64,000 nucleotides of DNA, taken from contig CM041465.1 of the NCBI GenBank assembly GCA_023213395.1, forward strand, positions 189,541,741-189,605,740, written 5' to 3'. The translations under genes and the position numbers were made by a program. The notes below the pieces were generated by a model. The model was given only the letters and a program-made list of their open reading frames with translations, ran no database searches and was not told the DNA's origin. Position 1 is the first letter of the stretch, and the number at the start of each line of letters is the position of its first letter. The stretch is from Cycas panzhihuaensis (taxonomy: Eukaryota; Plantae; Cycadophyta). Shown here one piece after another: positions 25,777 through 41,129 of this stretch.

Positions 25777-26041
25777 TGGACTATTTCTTATCAGAAATTT
25801 GAACTTGTAGATGTATATCAACAAAAGTGAAGCCAAATTAACACAAGTGCGTAAGCATATCACAAATAATAAATCACCAAAAGGAGTACCAAAGTACTTT
25901 CTCTTCAAGATAACAATACTCGATAACCATTACAAGTGATATTCAACCCTTTAAATACATAAATCTTAATAAATACCTTAACCCTTAACCTGTTAGTGGC
26001 TCTCACTTGCTAGTGCTAAGGAAAAGTAGGGTTATGTTACA
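25777..26041 (-). repeat. 5' LTR of element B, about 80 bp shorter than the 3' LTR
   Basis: TG...CA termini; adjoins the PBS; internal gap relative to the partner LTR. Confidence 0.9.
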
Positions 26042-29000
26042 AATAGCTTGGGGGAAATTTGTGTGAAGAGACAACTGCCAATACTCTTATATTCATATCA
26101 TATGCTCCATCTTAGGGACACTTTCCTTTGCAAGATTGTAAATGGTTGGGTGGTGAATCTATCAAAAGCAATCTAATTGGTTGGTACTCTTCATTATTAT
26201 ATCTCTAGTATGTTGTCTTAATAATGGATATTATTACTATGGTTTATTGTTACTCTTGAATGAGAAATTAGATTGACTCTTTAATGAATTTAAATGATAT
26301 GCACCATTCCTATTTTAGTATATGTTATTACGAGTAAAGAAAAAGGAAAGATCTTTATTGTAATTATTAAGCATCTATATATCTTAGATTTAGTGACTTC
26401 TTTAGATAAATAATTATGCTATGCATATCATTATTTAAAAGGCCTTTGTAAATTCAAGTCATTTAAATAGTTGGGTGCTAGTCTCTTAGAATACTTTCGA
26501 GTGAATTCCATTGAGGTTGAGTGATAAGATAGCTTAGATAATGACATTTTAACATCTAAGCTAGTAGGGTTATAATATCATAAGCATGATAAAATGTTTT
26601 CTTCCTCCCTACTCTTTTAGTTTGTCATTTATGCCCTTAATCTCATTAAATAAAGAAAGGAAAAAATCTATTTTGTGCATTGTTTCATTAAAAAATAAAA
26701 AGAGAAATCACATCCTTTCATTCCTTTATTTTACATTATAAAAAGGAAAAGCAAAGAGTTGTTTATTTGCCTACTTACTCATGTATTATTTTACATGCTT
26801 GCTCTCCCTCATCTTTTTTAATTTTAGCATTAGTTAGTTCATAAAAAATAGAAGAGATTAAATGGAAAGGGTATTTAGAGGTCATTATTACATAGGAAAC
26901 CTATGTTGGAAGGAGGATTAAACACATCATTGCAATTCCTCAAGCATGTAAGTTGCAGGTTCTTGTATCTAATTATAATTTGTGTTATGTGCATTCAAAT
27001 AAATAAGCATATTCGTTGCATTTATTTTTATACTCTTCACTTTCTAGTTCTTTGTTAGAGTAGGGTGTCAACCTTTTTAGAGGAAGGGCTATCTTATTTC
27101 ACTAGATTTCCTCTATGATGGACTAGAGGTAGTCTTTCATCTAAGGTTAGGAGTCTTGCCATATTCTAAATGGTCCAACAATGGGCAATTATCTTGACTA
27201 TCTATACTGGAGAGAATTAAATGAGTACCATTTATCCTACTAATAGCAATTTTTTTATCTAATTTACCTCTAAGAAGTAAAGATTGACTAGAATTAGATA
27301 CACATATCCTTAAACTTCCCACACTTGCAGGTGGGATATTACTAAGTGAGAGAGAGTCCCTACAGGTTGACCCATGAGTAGTTCCTTAATTTATAGTTTG
27401 ATTCCCTTATTTCTTCCTTCCTACGAATCCTTTTTTTAATTTTAGATTGAGATGATTTATACATTCATTTAGTTAGTTAGGTTAGGTAGAGTTTAGTTTC
27501 ATTAAAAGGATTAGATCCTTGGTTAAGTTTGTAGGATCTCATTAGCTTTTAAGTCACTCATACCCTAATGGACTTCTTAATCTTTATGATTTATTCAAGG
27601 TGTTATTTACTCCTTTTAAGAAGATCTTTTTAGCTAGGTTTTATATTTTTATTTTGTTTTGATCACTTGTATGATTTTCGTATTTATTTATTTTCTTTTA
27701 AATTAATGGTTTTGCTTAGCTTGATAATTTAAATTATTTGTATCATCCTTTTCTTATCCCCCTTCTTCCTTTCCTTTACACAAATCCCTTTATCCTCGCA
27801 ATTCACCTTACACCCCTTCATTCACATCTAGAAGGTGTGTGAATGTCTTGAGAGGAAGCTTTTGAACTCTCTTATATGACTTAGGCCCATACCCTAGGTC
27901 TTGAATTGATCCATATGAGCCACTTCATCCCCTTAAGGTTACATTTATGGCAACCATACTAGGAACTTACTAGTACAAGTTAATTCTTTCTATTAACTAC
28001 TTTTTCCATTCCATCCTTACCTTAAGTCATCCCATTAAACATGATGAATTAAGGATCATGAGAAGTACTCGCCCATTTATACTAAGTTAATATAACAAGC
28101 TTATTCTTCTAATTTAGACCCTTTCATCTCTTCTCCTTTATATTTAGGCTATCATCTCATGTATATTCTAATTTTCTTAGAGGTTATGAGGTCTAATCCC
28201 CCTTGATCATTTTGAGTTCATCCCATGTAGCTCTTAGCCCATTAAGCCTAGTGCCTTATCAGAGTAACCCGAATCTTTCCAAAGAATCACATGACCCATC
28301 CTTATCCAAGCAAGAGAGTAGCCTCCTTTTGGTAATCTTTATAATCTATAGGCATCTTTACTCAATAAGATAGATAGAGTATACATGTCACATGAGTTTA
28401 ATCTAAGTTATCAAAACATGGTCAACTCTCAATCCTATATTATAGGATTTGCTTATCTAAAGATGTTTGTTTTTTATATCAGGCCATCCCACTTATTCCC
28501 AAGTCTCTGACTCAATCCTATCCCCCTAATTAGTCCTAAGTGAATATTTTTGTCACTTTATATATCATGGATCTATAACCTATACCTACTTCAAAGATGT
28601 CTCTGGAGTGATTTGCTATTTTGAAAGCATAGTTCAAGGGAGTTCCAATGGTTCTAGTTCTAACCCTTACTTAGGTAGCCCATCTCTTTAGGAGTAGTGG
28701 ATTCCCTTTTTCATATACTTCCTAGTCCTAAATAGAGGAACTTCTTTTTTGGCACATCATACTGTATTTATCAAAGTATTCATGTCTAGCCCTAGTTTTA
28801 GCATATATAAACTAGTTACTTCCAAATATTTTGTTCCTCTATTCCAACTAAATATTGGGTTTCTTTTTTATATCATCTAATCAATTATAAATTTGGTAAA
28901 TGATACTATTACCTAGATATCCCATCCAACTCCCCAACGTTTTGTGGCTTGGGGAATCAAAGGTGTTATGCCATAACTTACATAAATCATTACTCAACCC

Positions 29001-30538
29001 ACTCCAACTCCTTATATCTTACCTAATTACACACCTTAGCAATGGGGACCTATTAATACTCAACCGTATATATTCTACATCATTGATCTACATCACCTAT
29101 ATAGGGTTTTCCCTCCATATAAAGCCCTATATGGGCACAATCCACTTCCTCATCCTCTACCATATAGTATCCTTCCATATATTAAGCATTTATAGGGGCC
29201 CAACTAGGTCCAATTATATGCTTATCTTCCAAAATCCCACCCTTTACTAGCTTGTCAATTCCCCTAATTCGGGTAACTTAATAAACTCAAGTTGTTTTTC
29301 CCTACCAAGCCTAATAATTTCAATCTTATCTAACTCTTCAAAACCTAGTAATCACATAAGGAATTCCTATGCAAGGAGGTGTCCAACATCCAACCCAAGT
29401 TACCCATAATTTGTGATAAATCCCTACCTAAACCATTCAACCACCGCTTTCTTAAGTATATCCTTATGGAATGCGTAGGTATGAAGGCTTCACAGTACAA
29501 GTAGTAATCCAAAATCTAGTTGGGTTCATTATCTAAATAACCCCACCCATTCGAATACCTCATTATCAAACTTACCAGTAGGGGTCTCCCCACTAGGTTA
29601 GCATTTAGACCCATTTGTCATACCAACCCTAAATAGTGGTCATTATCCTACTTACCCAATCCAGTGAACATTCATTTGTGGACTATAAAAGTACTCCTCC
29701 TTTACTTAATATGCTCAAGATAAACCTCTGACCTCACCTTATTAAGGTTCTAAAAGTTAAGAGAACCTTTAACTAAGACCCTAAAGAACATGTTAAGGCC
29801 TTCATCTTAGCATGTATATATTTCTATCCTTATAACTATATCATGATGAAGATGTTCCTATGATCATTTTATGGAGATGCACTATAGTGATTTTATAGGT
29901 AACCCGTCCATTCCATCCATACTTTCTAGCAATTAGTTGATATCTTTATAAACTATTTTGATGTATTATATCCTTTTAAGAGTGGAGCCGAAGATTTCAT
30001 CTCCTTGAAGTAAGGCCTAAATAAGTTTAATCAAGATTTCATTTGGAGGTTTCATAATCTTCTCCACTCTTCCAAGGCCACAATACCTAAGGAGTTGAAT
30101 AGATATCTTTGTGAATTGCCTTTACTTAGAGATCCATATGGAAGTGCTCAAAATGGGTGCTAGCACCTATGATAACATTCTTACCAAGCACCTTGCACTA
30201 GGAATCCATTAAGATATAGGTAGCGGTGAGAAAACTAACAAAGTCTACATGGTTGTATTAGACATAAAATCTTCTAAAAGATCCTAAACCCCAAATGAGA
30301 ACCCTTGATAAAATCACGGATTCCTTCACCTCTATTATTCATTCTTTTGAGAATGTAGTATGACATATTAGACCTCAAGTTAGATGCACTAATAAGCAAA
30401 CCACCCACTAGAAGGTCTAAGGGAATCTTACCTAATACACCAAGTTATGTAATTTCCTTCTTATAAAGGGATAATAAATGGGGTGCTCCATCTCCTCAAA
30501 GGAAGTAGTGCTATATTTATTAGAATGGTGGTCATAAT

Positions 30539-33202
30539 TATTGGAATATAATGCACATTTAATGTAATTATCTAAATAGGAAATCATGTATAATTGGTTA
30601 ACATAAAGGCCAAATTTTATTGGTTATAAGTGAGACAAATAATTCCACATATACCTACAACATGACTATAAATACACGTAGAAGGTGAGATGTAAGGAGA
30701 TTGATATTTAAGTCAATAATGGCAATATTTTGATATTATTCTATACTTCCTAGCTATAATATCCTACGGTTATATTTCTTACATGGTATTAGAATTATGG
30801 TTGTAAGTTTAACTGAGCTAAGATGAAGAAATGGTTTGCTAGTTAAAGTAATTCCATTTGTAGGTGATTTTATTAAGATCATTTGTTAATTAGAAGATCA
30901 TTCAAAGGATAGTTTGTAAGACTATTTATAGAAATGGTAAAAATTATTCTACTATATTTGAATCTATTTGAGAAAATAGTAAACCTTGTTCAAGTTTGTT
31001 TGTTTATGTTTAAGGTCATTTCTCTTAATTTTACTCCATTATTCACTAATCTTCATTCGCACATATTATTGACTACCTATTTAAATTATTCTACTAACTC
31101 AGTGAGCTCATCCATACACATGGTCTATTGGTCTATATATACTTCTTGATACATGAGCTGATCCATGTACATTTAAAGTATATGACCTCCATTCTCATTG
31201 CATACCTATACAAACATATCCCTTATGATCTCCATGGTGAACTACCTAATGTTTGTTGTCTCAGTAAGCACCCATTGGAGTCCTATATGAAATAGTTACC
31301 TCCTTTATAATCTCCACATATGCAACAACCCTATACCCTCTTTTAAAATCATCACAAAAATCAAATCTAAAATACATAAGTCCACTTGCATTGAAGAATA
31401 CAATCCTTATATATGACATATCTCATAATGGAGTTTCTCCTTAACTAAAGATTTATGTGCTTGTATCTATTCCTACTTGATGTAAAGACATCCATGTGGT
31501 GATCCTACTCATTATTGCTTAAGACTTCTACATTAAGAACATGAATGCTACCATGAAGTCACTTGTAAGTGTGCATCTCTATGACAATCTCCATTAAGAA
31601 GAATCCAATGCTCCTACCTCATCAATCGCTTGAGCCAAAGAATTTTAACGTTTAAGGAAAAGATCTAAGGTTGACAAATATTCAATCAATATTTAATTAA
31701 TTCATTTGATATTCGATTGGATTTTGATGAATTTTTTTTATATTTCAATTACCATAGTTGCCCATTAAAGGTTGATCATATTGATGTTTCTTCACTTTAG
31801 ATTATATTTTTTTATAGCGTTTTCATACATTAAGCCTAATTAGAATGTGATCTCAAGTTAATTAGCCCCTAATAGTTAATCCCTTCATCATATATAGCTC
31901 CAACGTGACCAATAACTAGTAAGTAAGAGGGGTTAAGCTCTAGCCAATTCAATTTTATTTCCATAAAGAGGTAATTTCATTATTTTGTTAATATCTTCTC
32001 AATCAAAATCCTAGTTTTTAAATTGTCTAAACCATTGGAATCTTGACTTAAATTACTGTAGTTTGAGATATGGTTTAAAGTATTCTAATGCTATCTTGAT
32101 AAAAAAATTTCACTTTAAAATTGATATATTATACTAAATCTGTGAGAGAAAATTGAGAAGCAAAATTCATATAGGTTAACACACTACATATGATGAGCTA
32201 CTATTCTTACTTGAAATTATATATGTTTAATTTTTACCCCTATTATTATTGATTTCCATTAGCAAGACAGAATATTCTTCAACATTTTATATTTTGAAGG
32301 TTTCCAAATTGAATGGAAAAATTTACTTTTTCTAGTTAGGGAGTATCAAATATTATTTATAATTAAGAAATTTATGGGATATTATTTTTTAAGGATACAA
32401 AGTTCCAGAATCAATTTATCCTACTATTGAATTAACACTAATCCAAAGTAGGAAATGATAGAACTTGAAGACAAAGATACTTCAACACTCAGTTATATTT
32501 TCTCTACTTTTGGATGGTAATGTATTCTCTCATATATATTATGCTACTACTTCAAAGTAAGCATGAAATATTTTGAAATCTATTTATGCTCTAGATGTCA
32601 AGATAGTTGATGAAAAACTAATGATTATTGAAGGCAAAAAAAGTTGGCATAAAAAGGTAATTCACTACTTCATTAAATGAATTCAAGTTAATTAGTTATT
32701 CAAATGTAGATTAGGTAGGTGATGTAGATTTGGTATAGTTATGATGACTAAGAATCCTATTATACATAGTAGAAAAAAACACATTAACACCAAACATCAT
32801 TACATAAAATAATTCATCTAGGATCGATAAGTCCAACTTCAATATTATAAGACAGAAGGCCAAATTGTAAACATTCTCACCAAAGCATTATCAAAGGCTA
32901 AGCATTTTTAACTTAGGTAAAATCTTGGTGAATAATCAAATGTGCATTATGGGGGGGTATTAGAATATAATGCACATTCAATATAACTAGCCAAATAAAA
33001 GGTAATATATAATTGGTCAATATAAAGGCCAAATATTATTGGTTATAAGTGAGATAAATAATCCCACATATTCTAATGACATGACTATAAATATAACTAC
33101 AAGATGAGATGTAAGGAGATTGATATTGAAGTCTATAATGAAAATATTTTGATTTTATTTTAGCATCCCTAGGTATGATATCTTATGGTTATGTTTATAA
33201 TA
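30539..33202 (+). mobile_element. Internally deleted copia-derived element F (about 2.7 kb)
   Basis: LTRs at 30539-30783 and 32958-33202; PBS-like TGGTATTAGA at 30784; PPT G7 at 32951-32957; imperfect TSD ATAAT/ATTAT; copia RNase H tail (KNPIIHSRKKHI, ILTKALS) at about 32740-32930. Confidence 0.85.
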
Positions 33203-34369
33203 ATTATGATATACATTACTAGTTGTAACACCTAGAGGTTTCCCCTATATAAGGGCCTCTAATCCAACCAACCTTAAGGCCGAACCTAGAATGACTAATC
33301 CATAATGACCTCTTCCTCGGGCATGATGATAAATAATTCCAAGATCAAAATGGGAAGAGGAAAGTATAATAATCTAGATCTAAGGCTCTTGAATTATATA
33401 CAAAATCCAAATAAGAGATAAACACACCACTTGCTAAGTCTAATGTAAAAGGGATGTAGAAGCAAAAGAGATTAATCAATAGTACAATGCAAAAGGGAAG
33501 CGAGTCACCCATATTCTCAAGATCTACCATGTATTTGAGGGTGCTTTATCCTTGAATCTACCTCATATTGAAGTTCCTAGGCTACCAAAAATCATCCTCA
33601 TTTAACTAAGATGTTATAACATGAGGATACTTCTCCCCCAACTCACTAGCAAAGGGAAGGCCTTCTCCATTATTGAAGAGCTCCAATTTATTTCTATAGG
33701 AATGTCCATGATGGATGTCTGCAAGAGTTATCCTAATAAAAGGAAGATGCTTTTGGATCTCGTAAAATCATAATGTCATCTTGATCTATATTAAACCCTT
33801 AAGTAAGCATCTTGTCACATTCAACCCTAAGGAGATCTCCCTTCTCTAGAAAAGAGAGCTCATAAATTAATCTTTCTTTTCTTCATTATCATAAAAACCT
33901 TAGAGTATATTCATGAGAATGTTGTGATCATTTTAGGATCTTCTATCAAAGTTATGCTAGTAAAAATGCTCTAAGAGCTAGCCATTGGTACTCCTGAGTT
34001 AATCCCCTAAAAGTGTCAAGGATATAATGGCACCCTTAAATCTCCTATGAGGATCATTATCATCTCACTAATATTAGAAGGTAAGAACCTCCTCATAGAG
34101 ATCATTATTCTTGATACTAACATGAACTACAATCTACATCTAAGAAGGCCCTCATTAGACTAGATAAGAATTGTGTGTTTCTGTCTTTAGGGATAGCTCA
34201 AATTTATCCATGATAGATAGGTTTTCACTATGACATGCCAAGATTAGGATTATCAAGACCCACAATTATGGGTATAAGTAATTTTTATTAGGGATGAAGG
34301 ACTTGACCTCTTATTTTAAGATGAGGGGCCAAAATTCAACCAAGACCCAACCTTGCCTAAAATGGGCTT

Positions 34370-37300
34370 CGTTAATGATAGTTAACTTAGGTTAATTATA
34401 ACTCAATGCTTCACTAGGGTTAATTAGTATGTGTAGGTGTGATGAAAAGATGTGTCCATTGGTGAAAAGACATGATGAAGAGGCATGACCTTACATGGTA
34501 CCATTTCAAGGTATATATATTCATACCTCCTTAGTATTCCTATCATCAACTCAAGATCAATGTAATCTCAACGATCTTCTTGTGCTCTATCTCACCTCTA
34601 AAACACTCTGTGTTATTTTATTTTTAATATATTAAAACATTGTGTTTATGGGTTTTCTCCCTCAAGAGTTTCCCATGATATATCTGGTGTTCAAGTCCCT
34701 TTATGAATGATCCTGGCATGTAGTAGTCTATGCCTCTAGTTGGCTTGACACCCAGCTTAGATCTTGTATATAAACACACTTTCATATGGTATCAGAGCCT
34801 AAGGAAGTAAGGATTGATATTAGAGCTTAGATTTAAGACTGGAAATGAATGAATTTATCACTAATCGGTCAAATTCATAGATTAGAGATCATAGATCAAG
34901 TTGGCACTAAGACAAGAGGCCATCCAAAGTTGCAAAATGTATTCGGGCACCTCATACACTTGTGGGACAAACATTGGAAGCTAAACAATAAAGTTTGGCA
35001 TCAATGGAATCCATACAATGACATTGAGCTCAAAGTTAGGATCGTGAAAGTAATATTAACTAAATTCTGAAGGCATTGGGTACCATTCATTCATGTTGAG
35101 CTCTAAACTGAAGTTGTACAACAGAGAATAATCATGTGACCTTTAGAAATAAGTCATTCCCTTTCCAAAGCATTCCAATGATTAAAATAATCAAAATATA
35201 TTTACTCTAAAGTCCTGTCAATTAGAAAATTTACCTACTATTTGTATGTCATTGTTTATATGCCATAAGATGAATGATATATTCAATGAATATCATTTAA
35301 TTAGATTAATATGTTTGATATTTCAATCATGTGGATTAATGTTTGATTATTAATAATCATACAAAAATTAGAAATTAGCCATAATGCAATTATATTTCAT
35401 CATACTTGATGCATAAATCAATTTATCATATATATTATATTCTTTTGATTGATATCAGATGCAGATTGACATTACTGTCTTGAGAGATTAACCAACAAAT
35501 CAATCACGTGTATCAATTTTTGGAATGTGTATCAACTTTAATCAATAGAGGTTGTCAATTTTTACAAATACATAAAATTAATCAATTACTTGGAATATAT
35601 GGTTGATTGTTGAAATATTTAGGTGCAATGAAATATTAATCGTGTATGGCATTTTAGGAAGCATCACTAAGAAGATAATATTCTATTGAATGTTCTAAAT
35701 TTAGTATTTGGCTTTTAAACTTTAGATTAAAGTGTTTCAAAGTAAGTGATTCATTTTTTAAGCATTTTACAACATCTATTCAGAGTGATTTTATCCTATA
35801 AGTATCCCAAGAACATAAGGTATCCCGTATAAGATCTTATCACTTTTGTTAAGAAGTTTGTAGTGTCAAAAGTGGTATTTTAATACATTATTTCTTTAGT
35901 TGATGATAAAATCCATATTACCTATAAGGAATACATGAAACTTATATCAAACCTCAGTGAAGTGATACATGAAGTAGTGAATAAGGCTTTGTAAAGTAAT
36001 AAAACAACGTTAACAAGACTTATTATCGTGATTCGTAATCAAGTGGAAGAGAACTTAGAATATTTGCAAACATGGACCCCAAGATGCCCCTGTTACCATA
36101 AGTAATCTTTGATAGCACCAACTTCAAGGAGTGGAAGTCCAACATAAAACTTGTGCTAATGGTCTAAGAGCTTTAGGACCCAACTTAAGAGGCTCCACCT
36201 AAGAAAAAGGAAGGGCAACATGATGTTGCACCAGATAAACTCACACGGAGAAAGCAACTTCATGCCACTAGTCTACTAAAGCTCTTACTTACTCTAGATC
36301 AAAGAGCACTCATCCACAAATTAAATATTCCACATGACATTTAGCAAACCTTTTGTGACATGTTTGAACAACATAAGACTAATTGTTTATTCATCTTATT
36401 AGGTGAATTATTCAATTCTTGTATTGAGGATGAGAGCAACATTAACACCTACTTAAATAAATTACCTAATATTAGGAATAAGCTAGAGAGAATTGAAGAA
36501 GACTTGATTAGTAATAAAATTCTATTCACAATTATCATGAATAAGTTGCTAGTAGCCTACAACACCTTTCAAAATGTGTATAAGGTTGACGGGATGTTGC
36601 AAGTTACCTCATTTAAGAAGCTAAAGGAACTACTTCTTGAAGAGGAAGCTAAGCTTAAACATCATGAGTTTGTGGGTTTGACTAATACTAGTCATGCCTT
36701 ATCCTCAAAAGTTTAAAAGAATGAGGATGAAGATTAGGATAAATGTTCACATGAAGAGGTTACTGATAAAGGAAAGAAGAAGAAATATAATGGTTCATGT
36801 ACTTACTATAAAAAGATAGGCCATAGAGAAAAGGACTGTTGGATAATAAAAAAGAGCTTAAGGCAAATCGATGGAAAGGAGAAAATTATAATATATTATA
36901 TGCGAGTATCAACTAACTTAGGTGCCAACAATATATCTCTTCTAAAAGGTAGAGTTTTGATACGTTGAACCAAGATCTTGGCTAGATGGACATCATACTT
37001 AATAGTGTTGATGTGGTACTAATCAAAAAATTTGAAATAGTCATAGTAAAAGGTGGTTGTCTTGAGAAGGTATGTTATATGCCTAGAATGAATCAAAATC
37101 TTAGTTCTATTCAGGGTACTTGGGTATACTCTCCCAAAGATAAGTCAGAAGTGAAAGATAAAATGATAGATTAAAAAATATATGAAAATTAAATAAATTT
37201 ATTAAGGAGTAATCATGGAAAAGCTAACGACAATTACATTTCTAAGTTATATTCTAATCAAGGTATTGAGTTAATCCCACATGATGGAGTTGCCATGTAA

Positions 37301-38963
37301 AAAGTTGATACTTTGATCGATATGACATTGTGTAAGGTGCAAACACAACATATCCCATTCAACTTTCATACAGAAGTTGTAAGAACTATTGTTCACATTG
37401 TGAACCAAATTCTAACCTTTGTAGTTCAAAGTTTGATGCCACAGGAAAGATGGACTAGTCAGAAGCCTTCCATTGAAAAAATCTTAGGGTGCATTGAAAA
37501 TGCACTAATATCTGACAGACAAATGAAGGAATATAATGTTAGTCACAAAAGTGATTTTGTGGAATATTATGGAAATAATCATAAACTATAGGATCCAATG
37601 ATGTAAAAGTTTCTTCATTATCAGGATATAAAAATCAATGAAGCATCGACATACCAGTTTTGTAAGCCTCTGCTAATAGATGTTTGTTACCCCCTCTTCA
37701 TGACATCTCCTAATACTATAAAAGTCAAGCTCCAAGAAGAAGATGAAGTAAAAAGTAATGAAAAATATTAGTTACTCATTAAGGAGATGGCAACCTCCTC
37801 TAAGTCATTATTGGTTATAATTGAGGATGTAACAAAAATGTTGATTAAAACTCAAAGTGCTATTCAACTTCAAATGATGGAAGTCATTCACTCTCATGTT
37901 CTTGATTCATTATGGAAAATGAATCCTTCTTTGAAAGTAGATATGGAGAAGGAAAAAGACTCTTTACATGGAAATATCCCTTCTATACTAATTGACCCTC
38001 AGATGTCAATTGCACCCATTGATCATAAGCTAATAAATAAGTTAAATATAGTAGCCACACTCAGTGGAGAGTCATATCAAAATAATATTTAGTCTATATT
38101 TCTTAACCTAGACTTGAGGAGATTATATCAGGCAAAAACCTCTGATGTCATTAAGAAAGGACATGATAAACAATCATGCCAATTGAATTGCACTAACGGT
38201 ACATACCCTATGTTTAATTTAGACTTATCTTCAATTGATGGAATATTACAACATATGGAAGAAGCTCTTAGTTTAGGGGAAGAGTAGCTAAAAGATCAAG
38301 TATCAATATTAGAAGCGAGATACTAGTCGATTGTTCAAGATGTGTTTAATAAAAGCAAGTGTCAAGTGGAATATTCTTTGACCACTAATTGGGTTGTGAA
38401 TTAATTGATGAATTTATTGGATAAACATCATTAATCAACACTCAGCAAGATTATCCTTAAGTGGGATCAATCTACAAGGATAGATCTCCTAACTAATGGA
38501 GCATTTATTTTTGCTTCATCCCCTATTCACATTAAGGGGGGATGTTAGCGATAGTTAACTTAGGTTAATTATAACTTCATACTTCATTAGGGTTAATTAG
38601 TATGTGAAAGTGTGATGAGAGGATATGTCCATTGGCAAAAAGACATGATGAAGAGGCATGATCTTACACGGTACCATTTTGAGGTATATATATATATTCA
38701 TACCTCCTTGGTATTCTTATCACTAACTCAAGATCAATGTAATCTCAATGGTCTTCTTGTGCTTCACCTCACCTCTCAAACACTTTGTGTCATTTTATTT
38801 TTAATATATTAAAGCATTATATTTGTGGGTTTTCTCTCTTTGGAGTTTCCCATGATATATCTAGTGTTCGAGTCCCCTTGTGAATGATCCTGGCATATAG
38901 CAATCTCTACCTCTTGTTAGTTTGACATCTAATGTACATCTTATATATACACACACTCTTAGA
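34370..38963 (+). mobile_element. Copia-derived non-autonomous element G (gag plus strongly deleted pol)
   Basis: LTRs at 34370-34786 and 38543-38963; intact PBS TGGTATCAGAGC at 34787; PPT at 38534-38542; imperfect TSD GGCTT/AGCTT. Confidence 0.9.
36072..36860 (+). pseudogene. copia gag of element G
   Basis: FDSTNFKEWKSNIKLVL N-terminus; ORF 36360-36716; knuckle CTYYKKIGHREKDC at about 36798. Confidence 0.85.
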
Positions 38964-39649
38964 AGCTTGATTCATTTTACACCCATTGGAGTTAGGCATT
39001 ATAGACATGTGGGTGTGCTAAATGACCCAAAATATGTTAATGATAAAGCTTAAGTATATATAGTACACATGCTTAAGTACGATTAGGAGCATTTTGACCC
39101 TGTTAACACATAACTCTCATATCCTTTATCTCTCACTAGTTGTGATTTAGATTCAAATTCTTCTTTTTTATATAATGAGTCACTTCTTTATGACCTACAA
39201 ATAATTTTTCTTTAAGTGGCCATTGAGCCTCCGTTTCCACAAGTTAATTCTCTCATTAACCACCCTTTCATAGGTGTTAAGCATAGGGACCATAACAACT
39301 CATTAAAGGCTTCTTATAGTTTCTTCAACTTATTGTTTAAGAATATTCTTTACCCTTCCTCTAAAATTTTGACCAAAGTCAAAGTTATTCAGGGCATTGA
39401 TTATTTCAAAATGTTGAAGCCTTACTTGAACACCTACTTATAACTACTCCTAACCACCATAAGTTAGGGTTTTATGAGTGTCTTGCTCTAGATTCTTCCC
39501 TAGTTAATCCAAATCCAAAGGAAGTTATTTAGATCATATATATTGAGTATGCCCCTCCTTATTTAAAAGAGGGGAATGGTTTTCTTTTGGGAAAGGGCAT
39601 TAACATTCCTATTTCTAATAGGAAAGTCATTAAAGTAGGGGAAGAATGC

Positions 39650-41129
39650 ACCCCAAGGGAGTTACTTCGATATATATATCTCTTTTGAGAGTTTAGGATG
39701 ATTTCACCTAGGACTATAATGACATGAAATACATCAATCCTGATATCATCACTAACATTCTTAGGATGCACTTAGGTGTGAAGCCAATTAGGCTAAAATA
39801 ATGACCAATCCACCCTAAACTTTTAGTAGGCATGCAAATAGAGGTTAAAATATTATTTAATGCTAGCCTAATTAAGATAATCAATTATCCAAGCTAGGTC
39901 TCTTTCATAGTCCCAATGACTAAAAAGAATAGGGTAGTGCACATATATATTAAGTTTCATGACATTAATAACACTTGCCCTAAGGATAATTAGCCACTTT
40001 CCTACATTGACCAAATCATTGACAAGATGGTAGGATTCAAAGTTATGTCATTAATGGGTGGTTTCGTAGGGTACAATCTAACTTTCCCCTAAGGACCAGC
40101 ATAATATTTCTTTTACAACACCACGGGGCATGTTTACTTATAATATAATGCCCTTTGGACTAAAAAATATAGGTATAACTTATTAATATGCCATGTGATT
40201 CATTTTTATAACCTCATTAGTAAGGTTATGAAGGTCTATATAAATGACTTGTTAAGATTTTCCCACAAGTAAGTTGACCACTTGGTCAAACTTAAGAAGA
40301 TTTTTCTAAGATGTTACAAATTCCATATTGGCTTAAACCCCCTCAAATTCATATTTTTCATCACTTCTACTAAACTATTAAGTTCACCATCTCTAAAGAA
40401 TAGATCCAAGTTAACCTTATGAAGGTCAAAACTATCTTAGAGATTCCACCTCTAAGAATAAAAAGTAAAATCAAATCATTCCTTAAGAGGCTTAGGTTCT
40501 TAAGGCTCTTCTTGGATAACTTTGCTTTAAATATTGAAACCCTCACTAACCTCCTAGAAATGGGGGTTCCTTTTGTTTAGACACCACCTATCTAAACATC
40601 TTATAATAAGCTTAAGAATAGGCTTATTTTAGCCCCTACCTTAACCCCCCCATGATTTAACAATCCATTCATCCTATATACGTCTTCAATAGAGGAATCT
40701 GATGGGGTTATGTTGGCTTAAGAGGATGACCTAATTGTCAAATATGTGGTATACTTTCTTAGTTATACTCTAGTGGTAGTAGAACTTAACTATATATTAT
40801 TAAAAAAAGAATGCCAACTGTTATTTTCACTGCTAAAAGAACCCAACCATTACTTACTCAACAACATAACTTAGTTAATTATCTAATAAAAACTGTTATA
40901 TTTCAATTAACTAAATATGACCTCACTAAACAAGAATATAAGTGGATGGCTATGTTATATAAGTATGACCTCTAAATGATCAACTGGAGGTACAAAAGAG
41001 GATGGATGTTTCTAAGCAACTTGCTCGCACACTCCATCCTAATACAACCAATATGCCAATTAAGAATTTACTTCATAGCAAACCTATCTTTGCCTTAAAT
41101 ATGATCAAATGTGAATGATATAGGGATAT
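39650..41129 (+). pseudogene. RT-RNase H of element E
   Basis: Tat-like pre-RT segment (EF*DDFT*DYNDMKYINPDII) and RT motifs, interrupted at 41130 by element D. Confidence 0.8.

Larger units (their letters stand above)
11603..26041 (-). mobile_element. Ty3/gypsy chromovirus B (Reina-like), interrupted by copia C
   Basis: LTRs at 11603-11949 and 25777-26041; TSD AATAG (11598-11602 and 26042-26046); PBS reads GCTCTGATATCA on + at 25763-25774; G-run PPT at 11950-11960. Confidence 0.93.

Noticed and set aside
26047-27100. 5' LTR and PBS of element E
   Set aside because: The position is plausible, but no matching 3' copy, clear PBS or TSD could be identified by eye, so the boundaries are left unresolved.
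28900-29250. 116-aa ORF upstream of the gag of element E
   Set aside because: Off-frame reading of a decayed proline-rich region; no domain signature.
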